A stretch of DNA of 64,000 nucleotides from Deltaproteobacteria bacterium. GTDB taxonomy: Bacteria; Myxococcota; Myxococcia; SLRQ01. The notes beneath the pieces were generated by a model that was not told the origin of the DNA, did not search any database, and saw nothing but the letters and a program-made list of their open reading frames with translations. The DNA is taken from positions 11,004-75,003 of the forward strand of contig SLRQ01000013.1 of assembly GCA_007130885.1 (NCBI GenBank). Direction: 5' to 3'. Both the position numbers and the translations under genes were made by a program. This document shows, one piece after another, positions 29,403 through 38,811 of this stretch (within the stretch, counting starts at the first letter, position 1; each line of letters starts with the position of its first letter).

Positions 29403-30680
29403 ATGTCCGTCGGTAGCAGCACAAGGAGAAAGCAGGAGCAGCCGGATTCGCGGGAAGGTCGCCCGAAGCACGTGGAAGCCGAGCCCGGCGGTGTTGGTGT
29501 TTCGCCTCGCGTTCCGCTAGTCGCGGTAATCGTGCTGGCCGTCATCGGCATAGGGGTGATGGCTCAGCTTACGCATACCCACTGGGGTGTGTCATCGGAT
29601 CCCGACTTCGCCAGCTTCTGTCCCGCCATGGGAGCGGCGGGTGTCGATTGCGACGATGTCGCTCGCAGCGAGTACTCCGAACTCTTTGGGATCCCAATCT
29701 CCTTCTGGGGGCTTCTCGTCTACCTCGGAATCATTGGTGTCGCCGCGTGGACGCTTCGTTCCTTCAGGGCGAAAGCAGGCTACCCCGGCGCGGGCTTGGG
29801 GCTGCTTAGCGTTGCCGCCGTCGGCTCGATCATCACCAGCGCTGCGCTGGGCTACATCTCCCACGTGCTCATCGAGGCGTACTGTAGCTGGTGCACGGTG
29901 GGATATGTACTCAACCTCTGCATATCCGCTGCTGTCTTCACGGGCCTTTGGAAGCTGCGCCTGAACCCCGCCGAAGCTTTGAAGCGCGATTTGGGCTTCT
30001 TCCTTCAGAGGCCGGCGATGTCGGCGTCGTTCTGTGGAGGCGGTCTGGCCATCGCGGTCGCAACGCTTCTGCTTTACCCCACTCCCAGCCCCGTCGAGGA
30101 TGCAAGCGAGGACGCTGGAGCCGAGGTGGTCGTGGGCGATGAAATGCCGAACCCGGTGTGGGAAGAGGCGCCCTTCAAAGGACCGGCGGATGCTCCGGTG
30201 ACCATAGTCGAGTTCACCGACTACGAATGCCCCATTTGCAAACGTTCTCACGCGCATCTCTCCAGTATTCTCGAGCCATACGAGGGACAGTACCGGATAA
30301 TGCATCGCCACTTCCCTCTCGATCAGGCATGCAATCCCGCAATTCCAAGGCCCTACAATCAGCACTCGTGTCGCGCTTCTCGATTCACCTTTTGCGCGGG
30401 CGAGCAAGACAAGTTCTGGGAGCTGAACAGGCTGGTGTTCGGGAGCAGGCAGCCTCTCGAGGAAGAGCACCTGCGCAGGTTAGCGGAACGGGTGGGTTGC
30501 GACATGGATGCTCTGGACGAATGCCTTGCCGGCGACCGGCCGGATGAGCACCTGCGGCGTGACATACAAGACGGAATCGATCTAGAGATCAGGGGAACAC
30601 CGACGTTCTTCATAAACGGGCAACGAGTAGTGGGGCTGCCCCAGCCAGCGGTGCTAAAAAAGTTTTTCGAAGAGGAGTAG
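29403..30680 (+). CDS. VKOR (vitamin K epoxide reductase-like) membrane domain fused to a periplasmic DsbA/thioredoxin-like domain
   Basis: Polytopic N-terminus with loop Cys pair CPAMGAAGVDC and active-site CSWC in a TM helix (IEAYCSWCTVGY). C-terminal Trx-fold with FTDYECPICKRSH CxxC motif. Confidence 0.75.
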   Translation: MSVGSSTRRKQEQPDSREGRPKHVEAEPGGVGVSPRVPLVAVIVLAVIGIGVMAQLTHTHWGVSSDPDFASFCPAMGAAGVDCDDVARSEYSELFGIPISFWGLLVYLGIIGVAAWTLRSFRAKAGYPGAGLGLLSVAAVGSIITSAALGYISHVLIEAYCSWCTVGYVLNLCISAAVFTGLWKLRLNPAEALKRDLGFFLQRPAMSASFCGGGLAIAVATLLLYPTPSPVEDASEDAGAEVVVGDEMPNPVWEEAPFKGPADAPVTIVEFTDYECPICKRSHAHLSSILEPYEGQYRIMHRHFPLDQACNPAIPRPYNQHSCRASRFTFCAGEQDKFWELNRLVFGSRQPLEEEHLRRLAERVGCDMDALDECLAGDRPDEHLRRDIQDGIDLEIRGTPTFFINGQRVVGLPQPAVLKKFFEEE

Positions 30681-30735
30681 TTGGCAGCATTCGTACTGAT
30701 ACTGCGTATGTAAACAGCCGGCAGGAGGACCGCCT

Positions 30736-31302
30736 TTGAGTCTTGAACTTGAAAAGGGAAGAACTGGAGCTTTAGTCATCAGCGTAGCGGCTCTCGGTTT
30801 GCTGTTTGTGGCCGCCGGCTGCACTCGCCCGGCGGAGACGGAGGTCGCTCAGGCATCGGAGCCTTGCGCCGAGGACGAGGTCAGGTGTAACGCCGAATGT
30901 GCGAAGCTCGATGTCTCCATAGAGCACTGCGGCAAGTGCGGGAGAAGGTGCTTTCAGAGGCAGGAGTGTCAGGAGGGAGTTTGTCGAGGTCTAGGTGTCG
31001 TATCGGCGCGGGATCTCGTAAGCCAACTCGACGACAAGGACTTCCTTCTCATCAACGTGCGCTACCCCCCCGTGGGCGTCATACCGGGTACCGACGCTAC
31101 CGTGCCTCATGACAGGCTCGACAAGCTGAAGGATGTCATCGGCCCAGACCCGGACACCAGGATCGTCTTGTACTGTGGGACCGCACAGCGCGTTATGACT
31201 CCCTTGCGCACGTTGCAGGAGGCGGGGTACCGGTCCATCGCATACCTTCACGGCGGCGTGACCGCGTGGCGCATGGCCGGTCTTCCCGTGGAAGACAACT
31301 GA
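30736..31302 (+). CDS. lipoprotein with rhodanese-like sulfurtransferase domain
   Basis: Lipobox LFVAAGCT. Cys-rich linker. Rhodanese active-site loop IVLYCGTAQR. TTG start at 30736 with GGAGGA 6 nt upstream. Confidence 0.65.
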   Translation: MSLELEKGRTGALVISVAALGLLFVAAGCTRPAETEVAQASEPCAEDEVRCNAECAKLDVSIEHCGKCGRRCFQRQECQEGVCRGLGVVSARDLVSQLDDKDFLLINVRYPPVGVIPGTDATVPHDRLDKLKDVIGPDPDTRIVLYCGTAQRVMTPLRTLQEAGYRSIAYLHGGVTAWRMAGLPVEDN

Positions 31303-31401
31303 GCCCACCATCTTTACGGTGCACCTGTCAGCGATGTCTTGACTCACACCTGCTCACCCGTACGTGAGGAGGGCGAGGGAGTAAGTGCCTGAGATGCGCG
31401 G

Positions 31402-31623
31402 TCAGCATGGTGGAGGCGGCTCATGGTCGTTGTGAGGAGTATGGTGACCGCGCGCCAGCACCCGCATGGCGGCGCCCATCGCCGCGGCGAACGCGCCCCC
31501 CAGCGCAAGGCCGTAAGCGATGAACGAAAGCCAAAAGGAGGGCTCGACCCATCGCACCACCATGGCGAAGAGCAGGGCTATTCCTCCGAGGCAGATCAAA
31601 AGACCGCCGATGAGCAGTTTCAC
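31402..31623 (-). CDS. small two-TM membrane protein with His-rich C-terminus, last gene of the opp-like operon
   Basis: 73 aa with two hydrophobic helices and a GHHTPHNDHEPPPPC tail. Its start codon lies 1 nt downstream of the oppF-like stop. Confidence 0.4.
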   Translation of the reverse strand: MKLLIGGLLICLGGIALLFAMVVRWVEPSFWLSFIAYGLALGGAFAAAMGAAMRVLARGHHTPHNDHEPPPPC

Positions 31624-32688
31624 TTAGCCGCTCCCTCTTCGGTCGGAGGCCGGCCTTCCTTCATTGGAAGGCTCGTCCGCTCCCGAGCCTTCTTCCTCGC
31701 CGGATTGGAGCCAGCACGCTGACAGGTGCCGTGGCCGTGGCTCAAAAGAGCGAGGCGTCTTGGTGTCGCATAGCCCCTCGATTGCGGCGGCGCACCGAGG
31801 ATGAAAAGAGCAGCCGGGCGGCGGATTCAGCAGGCTCGGAGGCTCTCCGGGAGGAACCTTTCTGAAGCAATGTGCGTTCTTGGGGTCGGGATCGGCGATG
31901 GCGCCGAGCAGGGCCTTGGAGTAGGGGTGCATCGGCTCGGCGAGCAGGTCGTCTACCGGCGCCGTCTCCACCACCTTGCCCGCGTACATCACGAAGGCTC
32001 GTTCGGAAAAATGTCGTACGGTCGACAGATCGTGCGTGATGTAGATGACGGTGAGATCGTGAGTTCGCTGCAGGTTTCGGAGAAGATGGAGGATCTCGAC
32101 ACGTACGGATGCGTCAAGCATGGACACCGGCTCATCGGCCACCAGAAGCTTTGGTCGCATGATCATGGCGCGGGCGACGACCACCCGTTGCTGCTGGCCG
32201 CCGCTGAGCATGTGCGGGAACTTCGAGAGGAAGTCGTCCACGGGAAGTAGCTTCACCTCTCCAAGCACCTCGTGAATGCGCCTTTCTCGCTCCTTCTTGC
32301 TCCGTACACCTTGGATGATGAGCGGCTCCGCGAGGATGCGCCGAACATCTAGAAACGGAGGCAGCGCTCCATATGGATCTTGCTGGATATAGCCGATCTG
32401 CGAGCGGTAGCGCGCCATTCGCTCGGAGTTGTGGACATCCAGTGGCTCGCCGTCGAAGATGATTTCTCCGTCGTGTGGCTTGTAAAGACCCAGCACGGTC
32501 TTTGCCAGCGAGCTCTTGCCGCAGCCGCTCTCACCGACGAAAGCCGCCGCTTCTTTGCGGCGCAGGTCGAAGCTCACGTCATCAACGGCGCGGACGAAAC
32601 CGACTCGAGCGAACCCGAAGCGTCGAAGCTCAAACCAGGTGCGAAGCCCGCGCACCGAAAGCATGACCTTGGCTCCATCCGCCGTCAT
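31624..32688 (-). CDS. oligopeptide/dipeptide ABC transporter ATP-binding protein (OppF/DppF-like)
   Basis: Walker A GESGCGKSS, signature LSGGQQQRVVVARA, and the C-terminal oligopeptide-ABC extension (PPPGCSFHPRC). Confidence 0.85.
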   Translation of the reverse strand: MTADGAKVMLSVRGLRTWFELRRFGFARVGFVRAVDDVSFDLRRKEAAAFVGESGCGKSSLAKTVLGLYKPHDGEIIFDGEPLDVHNSERMARYRSQIGYIQQDPYGALPPFLDVRRILAEPLIIQGVRSKKERERRIHEVLGEVKLLPVDDFLSKFPHMLSGGQQQRVVVARAMIMRPKLLVADEPVSMLDASVRVEILHLLRNLQRTHDLTVIYITHDLSTVRHFSERAFVMYAGKVVETAPVDDLLAEPMHPYSKALLGAIADPDPKNAHCFRKVPPGEPPSLLNPPPGCSFHPRCAAAIEGLCDTKTPRSFEPRPRHLSACWLQSGEEEGSGADEPSNEGRPASDRRGSG

Positions 32689-33635
32689 GACTCCCCTTCC
32701 TTGGAGAACAGCCAGCAGCGTACCTTTCGGCCTCCCGCAAGCTCCACTTGCTCCGGATCCGTATCACAGGCTTCGAACCTGGAAGGGCACCGATCAGCGA
32801 AGCGACAGGTAGCGGGAAGATCAAGGAGGCTCGGCGGGTGACCGGGAATGCTCTCCGGGCTCCTTGTGTCTTGAAGCCGGGGCACGCTGGCCATGAGCAT
32901 GTGCGAGTAAGGATGCGCCGGCTCGAGATAGAAGTGTTCGGCGCTGCTGGCCTCCACTATCTGTCCCGCGTACATGAGAGCTACTCTGTCGGCAAGCTCG
33001 CTGGACGTTGATACGTCATGTGTAATCAGAACGAAGCTGGTGTTGAGTTCGCTCTTGATACGCTTCAGCACGTTGAGGATGCTGGCCTGCGTTAGGACGT
33101 CCAGCGCGGATGTGGGCTCGTCCATGAGCACCAGATCCGGTTCGGTTACCAGCGCCATTGCCAGCACCGCTCTTTGGCGCATGCCTCCACTGAGTTCGAA
33201 CGGATAGCGTCCGAGAAAGTCGTCCGGAAGCCCCACTAGGCTGAACACCTCCGCGGCGCGGTCCAGTGCCTTGCCGCGAGGCCAGCCGTGACCGGAGCGT
33301 AGCGGCTCGGCGACCTGTTCGCCTACTCGGATTACCGGGTTCATGGCGTTCATGGCGGCCTGCATCACCATCGAGATCCGGTTCCAGCGGATCTCCTTCC
33401 TGAAGCGCTCCTCGCCGAAGGTCATGATGTCCGAGTCGCCCAACAGCACCCGGCCGGAGTATTCGTGTATGTTTCGGGGAAGCAGGCGCAAGATGGCCCG
33501 AGTGAGAGATGTCTTGCCGCAGCCGGACTCGCCGAGCACCACCAGCGCCTCGCCCCGACGTATTTCGAGGTTCACCCCGTCCACGGCTCGCACCACGCCC
33601 TTCGTGGCGCGATAGTGGAGGCGCAGGTTCTCCAT
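32685..33635 (-). CDS. oligopeptide/dipeptide ABC transporter ATP-binding protein (OppD/DppD-like)
   Basis: Walker A GESGCGKTS, signature LSGGMRQRAVLAMA, C-terminal CRFADRCP. Start chosen at ATG 33635 (MENLRLHY...). The longer track start 33821 overlaps the permease gene. Confidence 0.8.
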   Translation of the reverse strand: MENLRLHYRATKGVVRAVDGVNLEIRRGEALVVLGESGCGKTSLTRAILRLLPRNIHEYSGRVLLGDSDIMTFGEERFRKEIRWNRISMVMQAAMNAMNPVIRVGEQVAEPLRSGHGWPRGKALDRAAEVFSLVGLPDDFLGRYPFELSGGMRQRAVLAMALVTEPDLVLMDEPTSALDVLTQASILNVLKRIKSELNTSFVLITHDVSTSSELADRVALMYAGQIVEASSAEHFYLEPAHPYSHMLMASVPRLQDTRSPESIPGHPPSLLDLPATCRFADRCPSRFEACDTDPEQVELAGGRKVRCWLFSKEGES

Positions 33636-33655
33636 GCGAAGCAGGGTGTCGTTCG

Positions 33656-35005
33656 TCACATTATCCTCAAGCGCGGGTTGAAGATACGGTCCAAGGCAAA
33701 GCCGACCATGGCGAACCCAAGGCCTGTGAGCATCAGGAGGCCCGCGGGCTGCAGGACCCAGTAGTAACGGCCATGGTAGAGAGCGCTCTGCTCCTGTGCG
33801 TCGTTGAGTATCTTGCCCCAAGTGGGCAGCACGGGATCACCGAGGCCCAGAACCGCCAGCGAGGCCTCGAGGAACACGAAGGTGGGTATGAGCGTCACGA
33901 AACCGGGAATGAGCACCGGTAGTACTCGCGGAATCATGTAGCGAAGGATGATCCGCGCGTTGCTGGCCCCATACGCGCGAGCAGCCTCTATGTACGGCGC
34001 GTCTCTCAAGGGAAGCAGCATGGCGCGGTATACCTTGACCGCTGCGCTGAAGATCCCAAGCAAGATGATGACCCCGAGCATGAGCCATATGCTCGAGGAG
34101 TACAGCGTTCCTATCATCACAAGTACCGGCAGCATGGGCAGGATCATGCTTACCTCGGTGAGGCGCTGTATCGTCGCGTCTATGAAACCGCCGAACCAGA
34201 CGCCGATGGCCGCTATCAGGAGAGTGGTGACGGTCGTACCCACCGCGGCCAGCAGCCCGAACGCAAGCGCCACCGGCGCGCCCCAGAGTAGCGCGACGAG
34301 CAAGCTGCGCCTTCGGTGGTCCGTGCCGGCCAGGCCGTGGACCTGACCGTATACTACCAGACGCGCTTCCAGGGCGGCATCCTCCTCGAAAAGAACCGTC
34401 TCCAGAAGCAGCTCATGTCGGCCCCTCGCGACCGCCGGGATCGCGCTCGGGTCATCTCGAGGCTCACCGAAAAGCCCTATCTCCGGAGGCAGACCGTCCA
34501 AACGCCAATCTCGCAAATGCGAGTCCTGAGAGATTGACTCCCTGTGGGATCGAGATTCGACTCTGCGTGGGCGCAGTGGGATCTCTCTTCCGTCCGGAGT
34601 CGTCCACAGCATGGACAGATGCGGGCGCACCTCCTCGTACTCCGCCTCCAGGAAGAGGTTAATCTCGGCTGGAAAGCCGTCGTAGTCGAAGTCGAAGGCG
34701 AGAGGTATCTCGACTATGCGCCCGCCGTCGAACCTCGTCTCGCGAGTCTCGACCTCGCGGGAGTCCGTTATGATGGTCGGAGGCAATGAACCTTGGCTCA
34801 GCCAGCCCGACCATATGGGGCGCGCGTTGCGCGGATGCTCCCGCCAGACATTGTCCTCGCCTCGCCAGAGATCCACCGCTTGGTTGTAGGGTATACCGAT
34901 GACCGAGCCTACGGCCACCAGCAGCAGCAACGAGATTATGGTTAGCCCGGCCATGGCCGAGGGGTACTGCGCCATTCTGGAGAGTGCTTGCCGCAGCGCC
35001 CTCAT
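33656..35005 (-). CDS. ABC transporter permease (OppC/DppC-like)
   Basis: Polytopic. Conserved EAA-like loop EAARAYGASNARIILRYMIPRVLP. 4-nt overlap with the upstream permease gene. Confidence 0.85.
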   Translation of the reverse strand: MRALRQALSRMAQYPSAMAGLTIISLLLLVAVGSVIGIPYNQAVDLWRGEDNVWREHPRNARPIWSGWLSQGSLPPTIITDSREVETRETRFDGGRIVEIPLAFDFDYDGFPAEINLFLEAEYEEVRPHLSMLWTTPDGREIPLRPRRVESRSHRESISQDSHLRDWRLDGLPPEIGLFGEPRDDPSAIPAVARGRHELLLETVLFEEDAALEARLVVYGQVHGLAGTDHRRRSLLVALLWGAPVALAFGLLAAVGTTVTTLLIAAIGVWFGGFIDATIQRLTEVSMILPMLPVLVMIGTLYSSSIWLMLGVIILLGIFSAAVKVYRAMLLPLRDAPYIEAARAYGASNARIILRYMIPRVLPVLIPGFVTLIPTFVFLEASLAVLGLGDPVLPTWGKILNDAQEQSALYHGRYYWVLQPAGLLMLTGLGFAMVGFALDRIFNPRLRIM

Positions 35006-36123
35006 TGCCTGCCTCCTCCCTCGCCGAGCTTCACTCTAGGATCCAGAAGGGCGTAGACGATATCGAGCAGGAAGACGGTCACTGCAAGTAGATATGCAAA
35101 TACCACGACCAGGCCGACTATGACGTTGGTCTCTTGGTGCTGGATGGCGCTGTAAAGCGCCGTGCCCAGTCCCGGCCAGTTGAAGACGCGCTCCAGTATT
35201 ATTGCTCCGCTCCACAGCGCTATGAGCATCAGGGCGAAGCTGGTCACAATGGGAGGAAGGGTGGGACGAAGTATGTAGCGGCGCTCGATTGCTCTGGAAG
35301 AGAGGCCCTTGGCCTTGGCCATCTCGACATAGTCTTCGCTGGAGTGGATGAGGAAAAAGGTTCGCCACTTGTAGATGGATATGAAGATGGCTGAAAGAAA
35401 CATGGCCCCGACCGGAAGGATCATGTGTTTCAAAACGGTGCCTGCGTAGGCCAAGGTTCCCTCTGGAACCCTGTCTCCCACCATGCCGCCGTCGGGGAGG
35501 CGCATCCAGTCCGGTACTAGATAAGCGAAAATGAGGATTAGAAAAATGCCATAGAACCAACCGGGCGCCGCCGAGGAGGGTGCCATCGCGATTACGGCTC
35601 GGTCGGCAAGGCTGCCGTAACGACGGGATAGAATCAGCGCCAAGCCGAGCGCGGCGAAGAAGACCATGAAGTTGGCCGTCGCGAACAAAAGGAGCGTGGC
35701 TGGAAGATGTTCGATTATGATCCTGGAGACCTCGCGCGAATGGCTGGGGCTGGTCATGTCTCTCGCTCGGCCCAGGTCGAGGCGGACGGCGCTCCAAAGA
35801 TCTCCCGGCAAACGTTGCCAGAAAGGTCGATCCAGCCCCTGACGGCGAATCTCCGTCTGTACCATCTGCTCGATGATTTCCCTTCGATCGGTATCCGGCA
35901 TCATCTGCGTCTCGGGATCCATCATCATCTGCTGGGTGGCTTCGTCCTCTATCCGAGCCTTGCGGATGTCATCGAGATGACCGCCCATGTTGGCGATTAT
36001 GATGGTCAGGAAGACGCCGGTGGCGGCGGTGAAGATCAGCGCGGCGAGTCTAAACGCGGAGTAGCGCGCTATACGCGTAAGGGTGCTCCAGCGGCTGCCG
36101 GCGACGCTCTTCTTTCGGCTCAT
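35002..36123 (-). CDS. ABC transporter permease (OppB/DppB-like)
   Basis: Polytopic. EAA-like loop EMAKAKGLSSRAIERRYILRPTLPPIV. ATG 36123 overlaps the SBP stop (ATGA). Confidence 0.85.
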   Translation of the reverse strand: MSRKKSVAGSRWSTLTRIARYSAFRLAALIFTAATGVFLTIIIANMGGHLDDIRKARIEDEATQQMMMDPETQMMPDTDRREIIEQMVQTEIRRQGLDRPFWQRLPGDLWSAVRLDLGRARDMTSPSHSREVSRIIIEHLPATLLLFATANFMVFFAALGLALILSRRYGSLADRAVIAMAPSSAAPGWFYGIFLILIFAYLVPDWMRLPDGGMVGDRVPEGTLAYAGTVLKHMILPVGAMFLSAIFISIYKWRTFFLIHSSEDYVEMAKAKGLSSRAIERRYILRPTLPPIVTSFALMLIALWSGAIILERVFNWPGLGTALYSAIQHQETNVIVGLVVVFAYLLAVTVFLLDIVYALLDPRVKLGEGGGRQ

Positions 36124-38741
36124 CGGTCGACCTCGGGGATGGTCGCGAAGGAGATCCTGTCGAAGGCCGGCAAGGCCACGGATGTCGAGGTTGCCGCGAT
36201 CTCGAGAAGATTCGAGCCGGGACGCAGCTTTTCGGTTTCCTCGCTTGACAGCTCCACCCTCCATCGCCCGTCATCGCCGGGGACGGCATCGCCTTGTTTG
36301 ATGAGCTCCCTTCGCCCATCGAAGAGCATGTATCTGACCATCTCCAGCTCTTCCTCGGGGTAGGGCGCGCCCTCGAAGGTAATGCTGATTTCGAAGGATG
36401 CCTCTTCTCCGGCGTGCACGATGCCGGGGCCGTCCGTGACGACCTCCGGGATGCGCGGCCGAGTGAACCCGAGCCACTTGTCGGCCGGATCGGCGAACCT
36501 TTCGAACCGGCGGATCTCCACGTGGCCTTCTATGGGATGGAGGGCGTGCAGATAAAACGGGCCGTTGCAGACCCAGAAGTGGCCCCGAGCTTCGTACCAG
36601 TCCGCGAGATTGCTGTAACGCTCTTCGATCTCTTCCTCCGAAACGAACTCGCGCAGGGTTTCTTCGAATGGGAGGTAACTTTCCTCTCGTGCTTCCTCGA
36701 GCATCTTGGCCAGTACCTCCAGGCTGGGGCCCGTCACGTAGCTCATCCACTCGGTGCGAAGTTGATCCGCCTTGTTGGAGGAGAAGGCCAGCAGACGTTG
36801 CTCCTCGGCTCGAATACCCAGGGACGTCGAGTGCCATCCCATGATGCCCGAGCCGTCGGATACACCCGGCCAGGGAGCGGCGATGGCCGCGATCCACTCG
36901 GCGTCGGGGAAGAAGCGATCGCTGTAGGACTCAACTACCACCGGGTCTCTCGATACGATCCGGAATCCCCGGTAGTAGGTTTGAAAGGTTCGGAACATTG
37001 GCACGAAGCCCTCGTCGTACAGCGGGCTCTCGGGCTTGGCCCGGTCGAAGGTAAGAATCTGCGAGAGGACCATGTCGGCCAGGGAGACTCTCGAGCCGTC
37101 GTGCCACAGCGTCTCCAGGTAGTCGTCGGTGAAGTGAATGCGCGTGCGAGTTCGGGCGGTGAGCCCCTCAGGGTGCTTCTCAGCGACGGTGATGAATCGG
37201 CGTTCCTCCGGATCCCAGTCGATCCAAGTGTCTAAAGGCACCTCGATCTCCGGCTGTGAATCTAGTGTCACCCAGTCGAGCGTTTGGATGACCGGTGTCC
37301 CCTCTGCCACGGTGACCTCGGCCGATTCAATTCTCTGCGGGTGATAGAGTCCAGTGTGGGGATCCCCAAGCGCGGAGCGGTCGGAGGTGGCGCGCATGAT
37401 CATCGTATCGAAGATCCAGTTGCTGCCGTCGACCGGGTTCCAGGGCTCGGCGAGCACGTTGGTGGCGCCGAACACCAGCCGGCCCCCCAGCTCCTCGCCG
37501 ATTCGGACCGTGTATGGAAGAAGGATGGATCCCGTCATGCCTCCGGCGAGGTCGGCGGCCACCTGTACGTTATGGGCCTTGGGCCAGACGTTTATCTGAT
37601 CGGTCAGCCAGACATGGTAGGACTCTTTCATGGATAGCTCGAGCGCTCGGGCCATCATCTCCTGGCGCTCCTCCCATGAGGTGAAGTCGCGTCTTTGAAG
37701 ACGATCGGCCAGCTCATCGAACTCCGGGGACGGCTCGTAGGCTTGCCAAAGTGGAGCGGCTCGCCCCCGTGGCGTGTAGAAAACTCCGAAGTTGCTGGCC
37801 TGATCCCGCGAAATGATCACCGAGATCCAGCTTGCGGTATAGGCGTGCCAGCGCCCCTCACGGGGGTGGCTCGACATCCAGATTCGGGTCGCCTCCTGGG
37901 CGGTTCGGTACAGCCGAGTGACCTGAAAGCCGATCCCTTCGAGCAAGTTGGCAACATAGTCCCCTACTTCCCTGCGTGCGTCCTCCACACGGATGAGGAG
38001 GATTACCTCGACCTGCTCGCCCTCGTACATCCAGTGCCCTTCGATGCGCTGGGCGCCCAGCTTCTCCATCTCTCGAGCGATGGTTGCCTCGGCGGCGGCC
38101 GGATCGTGCTCGTAACGCAGCTCGAGCGTACGCGCGACGTCTGCTAGACGGGCGTAGTCGGGAAATACGCTGCTGATGGGGAAATAGCGAGGTACCGCCA
38201 GACCGCCGAAGATCTCCTGGGCTATGTGTTCTCGGTCGATGAGTCGGTTCATCGCCTCTCTTATTTTTGGGACACTGAAAGGGTTTAGCTTTCCGGTGGT
38301 GGGAAACGTAGGTCCCACGGGGTTGAACGAGAGCGCCCCGTAGGATCCATAGGAGATCTCGCTTCCCAGCTTTGGGGAGTTTTGTATGCGGCGGTACATT
38401 TCCGGGTCGCTTCGACCGTCGCCCATGATGTGCATGGTGCCGGCCTTGAGGCGGGAAATGGCTCGGCCATACTCAGACTCGCGAACGAAAACGATCGAGT
38501 CGACTAGGCTCCCCCTTTGCCTGCCGGCTTCCACCGCCAACCGCTTCTCGGCCTCGGGGTCGGCCGTCTCGGCATCGGTTTCGCCCGTCGTCTCTATGTC
38601 CGGCACCACGGGCGGCGCCTCTCCCCCTCCGATGAGACGGAAGGCCAGGAAGAGCCCCAGTGCCGCCGCAACTACAAGAGGGATGAGTGTTCTTCGTCGG
38701 TTTATCCCCACGGCTGACCCGAACAACGACGCGATGACCAT
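36120..38741 (-). CDS. ABC transporter substrate-binding protein, family 5 (OppA/DppA-like), unusually long (873 aa)
   Basis: N-terminal signal/anchor. Family-5 SBP similarity over ~600 aa. About 250 extra C-terminal residues with no assignment. Confidence 0.75.
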   Translation of the reverse strand: MVIASLFGSAVGINRRRTLIPLVVAAALGLFLAFRLIGGGEAPPVVPDIETTGETDAETADPEAEKRLAVEAGRQRGSLVDSIVFVRESEYGRAISRLKAGTMHIMGDGRSDPEMYRRIQNSPKLGSEISYGSYGALSFNPVGPTFPTTGKLNPFSVPKIREAMNRLIDREHIAQEIFGGLAVPRYFPISSVFPDYARLADVARTLELRYEHDPAAAEATIAREMEKLGAQRIEGHWMYEGEQVEVILLIRVEDARREVGDYVANLLEGIGFQVTRLYRTAQEATRIWMSSHPREGRWHAYTASWISVIISRDQASNFGVFYTPRGRAAPLWQAYEPSPEFDELADRLQRRDFTSWEERQEMMARALELSMKESYHVWLTDQINVWPKAHNVQVAADLAGGMTGSILLPYTVRIGEELGGRLVFGATNVLAEPWNPVDGSNWIFDTMIMRATSDRSALGDPHTGLYHPQRIESAEVTVAEGTPVIQTLDWVTLDSQPEIEVPLDTWIDWDPEERRFITVAEKHPEGLTARTRTRIHFTDDYLETLWHDGSRVSLADMVLSQILTFDRAKPESPLYDEGFVPMFRTFQTYYRGFRIVSRDPVVVESYSDRFFPDAEWIAAIAAPWPGVSDGSGIMGWHSTSLGIRAEEQRLLAFSSNKADQLRTEWMSYVTGPSLEVLAKMLEEAREESYLPFEETLREFVSEEEIEERYSNLADWYEARGHFWVCNGPFYLHALHPIEGHVEIRRFERFADPADKWLGFTRPRIPEVVTDGPGIVHAGEEASFEISITFEGAPYPEEELEMVRYMLFDGRRELIKQGDAVPGDDGRWRVELSSEETEKLRPGSNLLEIAATSTSVALPAFDRISFATIPEVDR

Positions 38742-38811
38742 GCTTCCAGATGTATATCAAAAATGGGGTCGTAACCGCGCCCTGTCCGCCTCCCACATCG
38801 GCGAAGAAGAC

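Noticed and set aside
33636-33821. Longer start (33821) for the OppD-like gene
   Set aside because: It would overlap the permease gene by 166 nt. ABC-domain similarity begins at MENLRLHY, so ATG 33635 is preferred. That site lacks a clear RBS, so the start remains uncertain.
36271-37235. ORFs 36271..36897 (-) and 36294..37235 (+)
   Set aside because: They lie within the SBP gene in other frames. The SBP frame has family-5 similarity and sound operon geometry.
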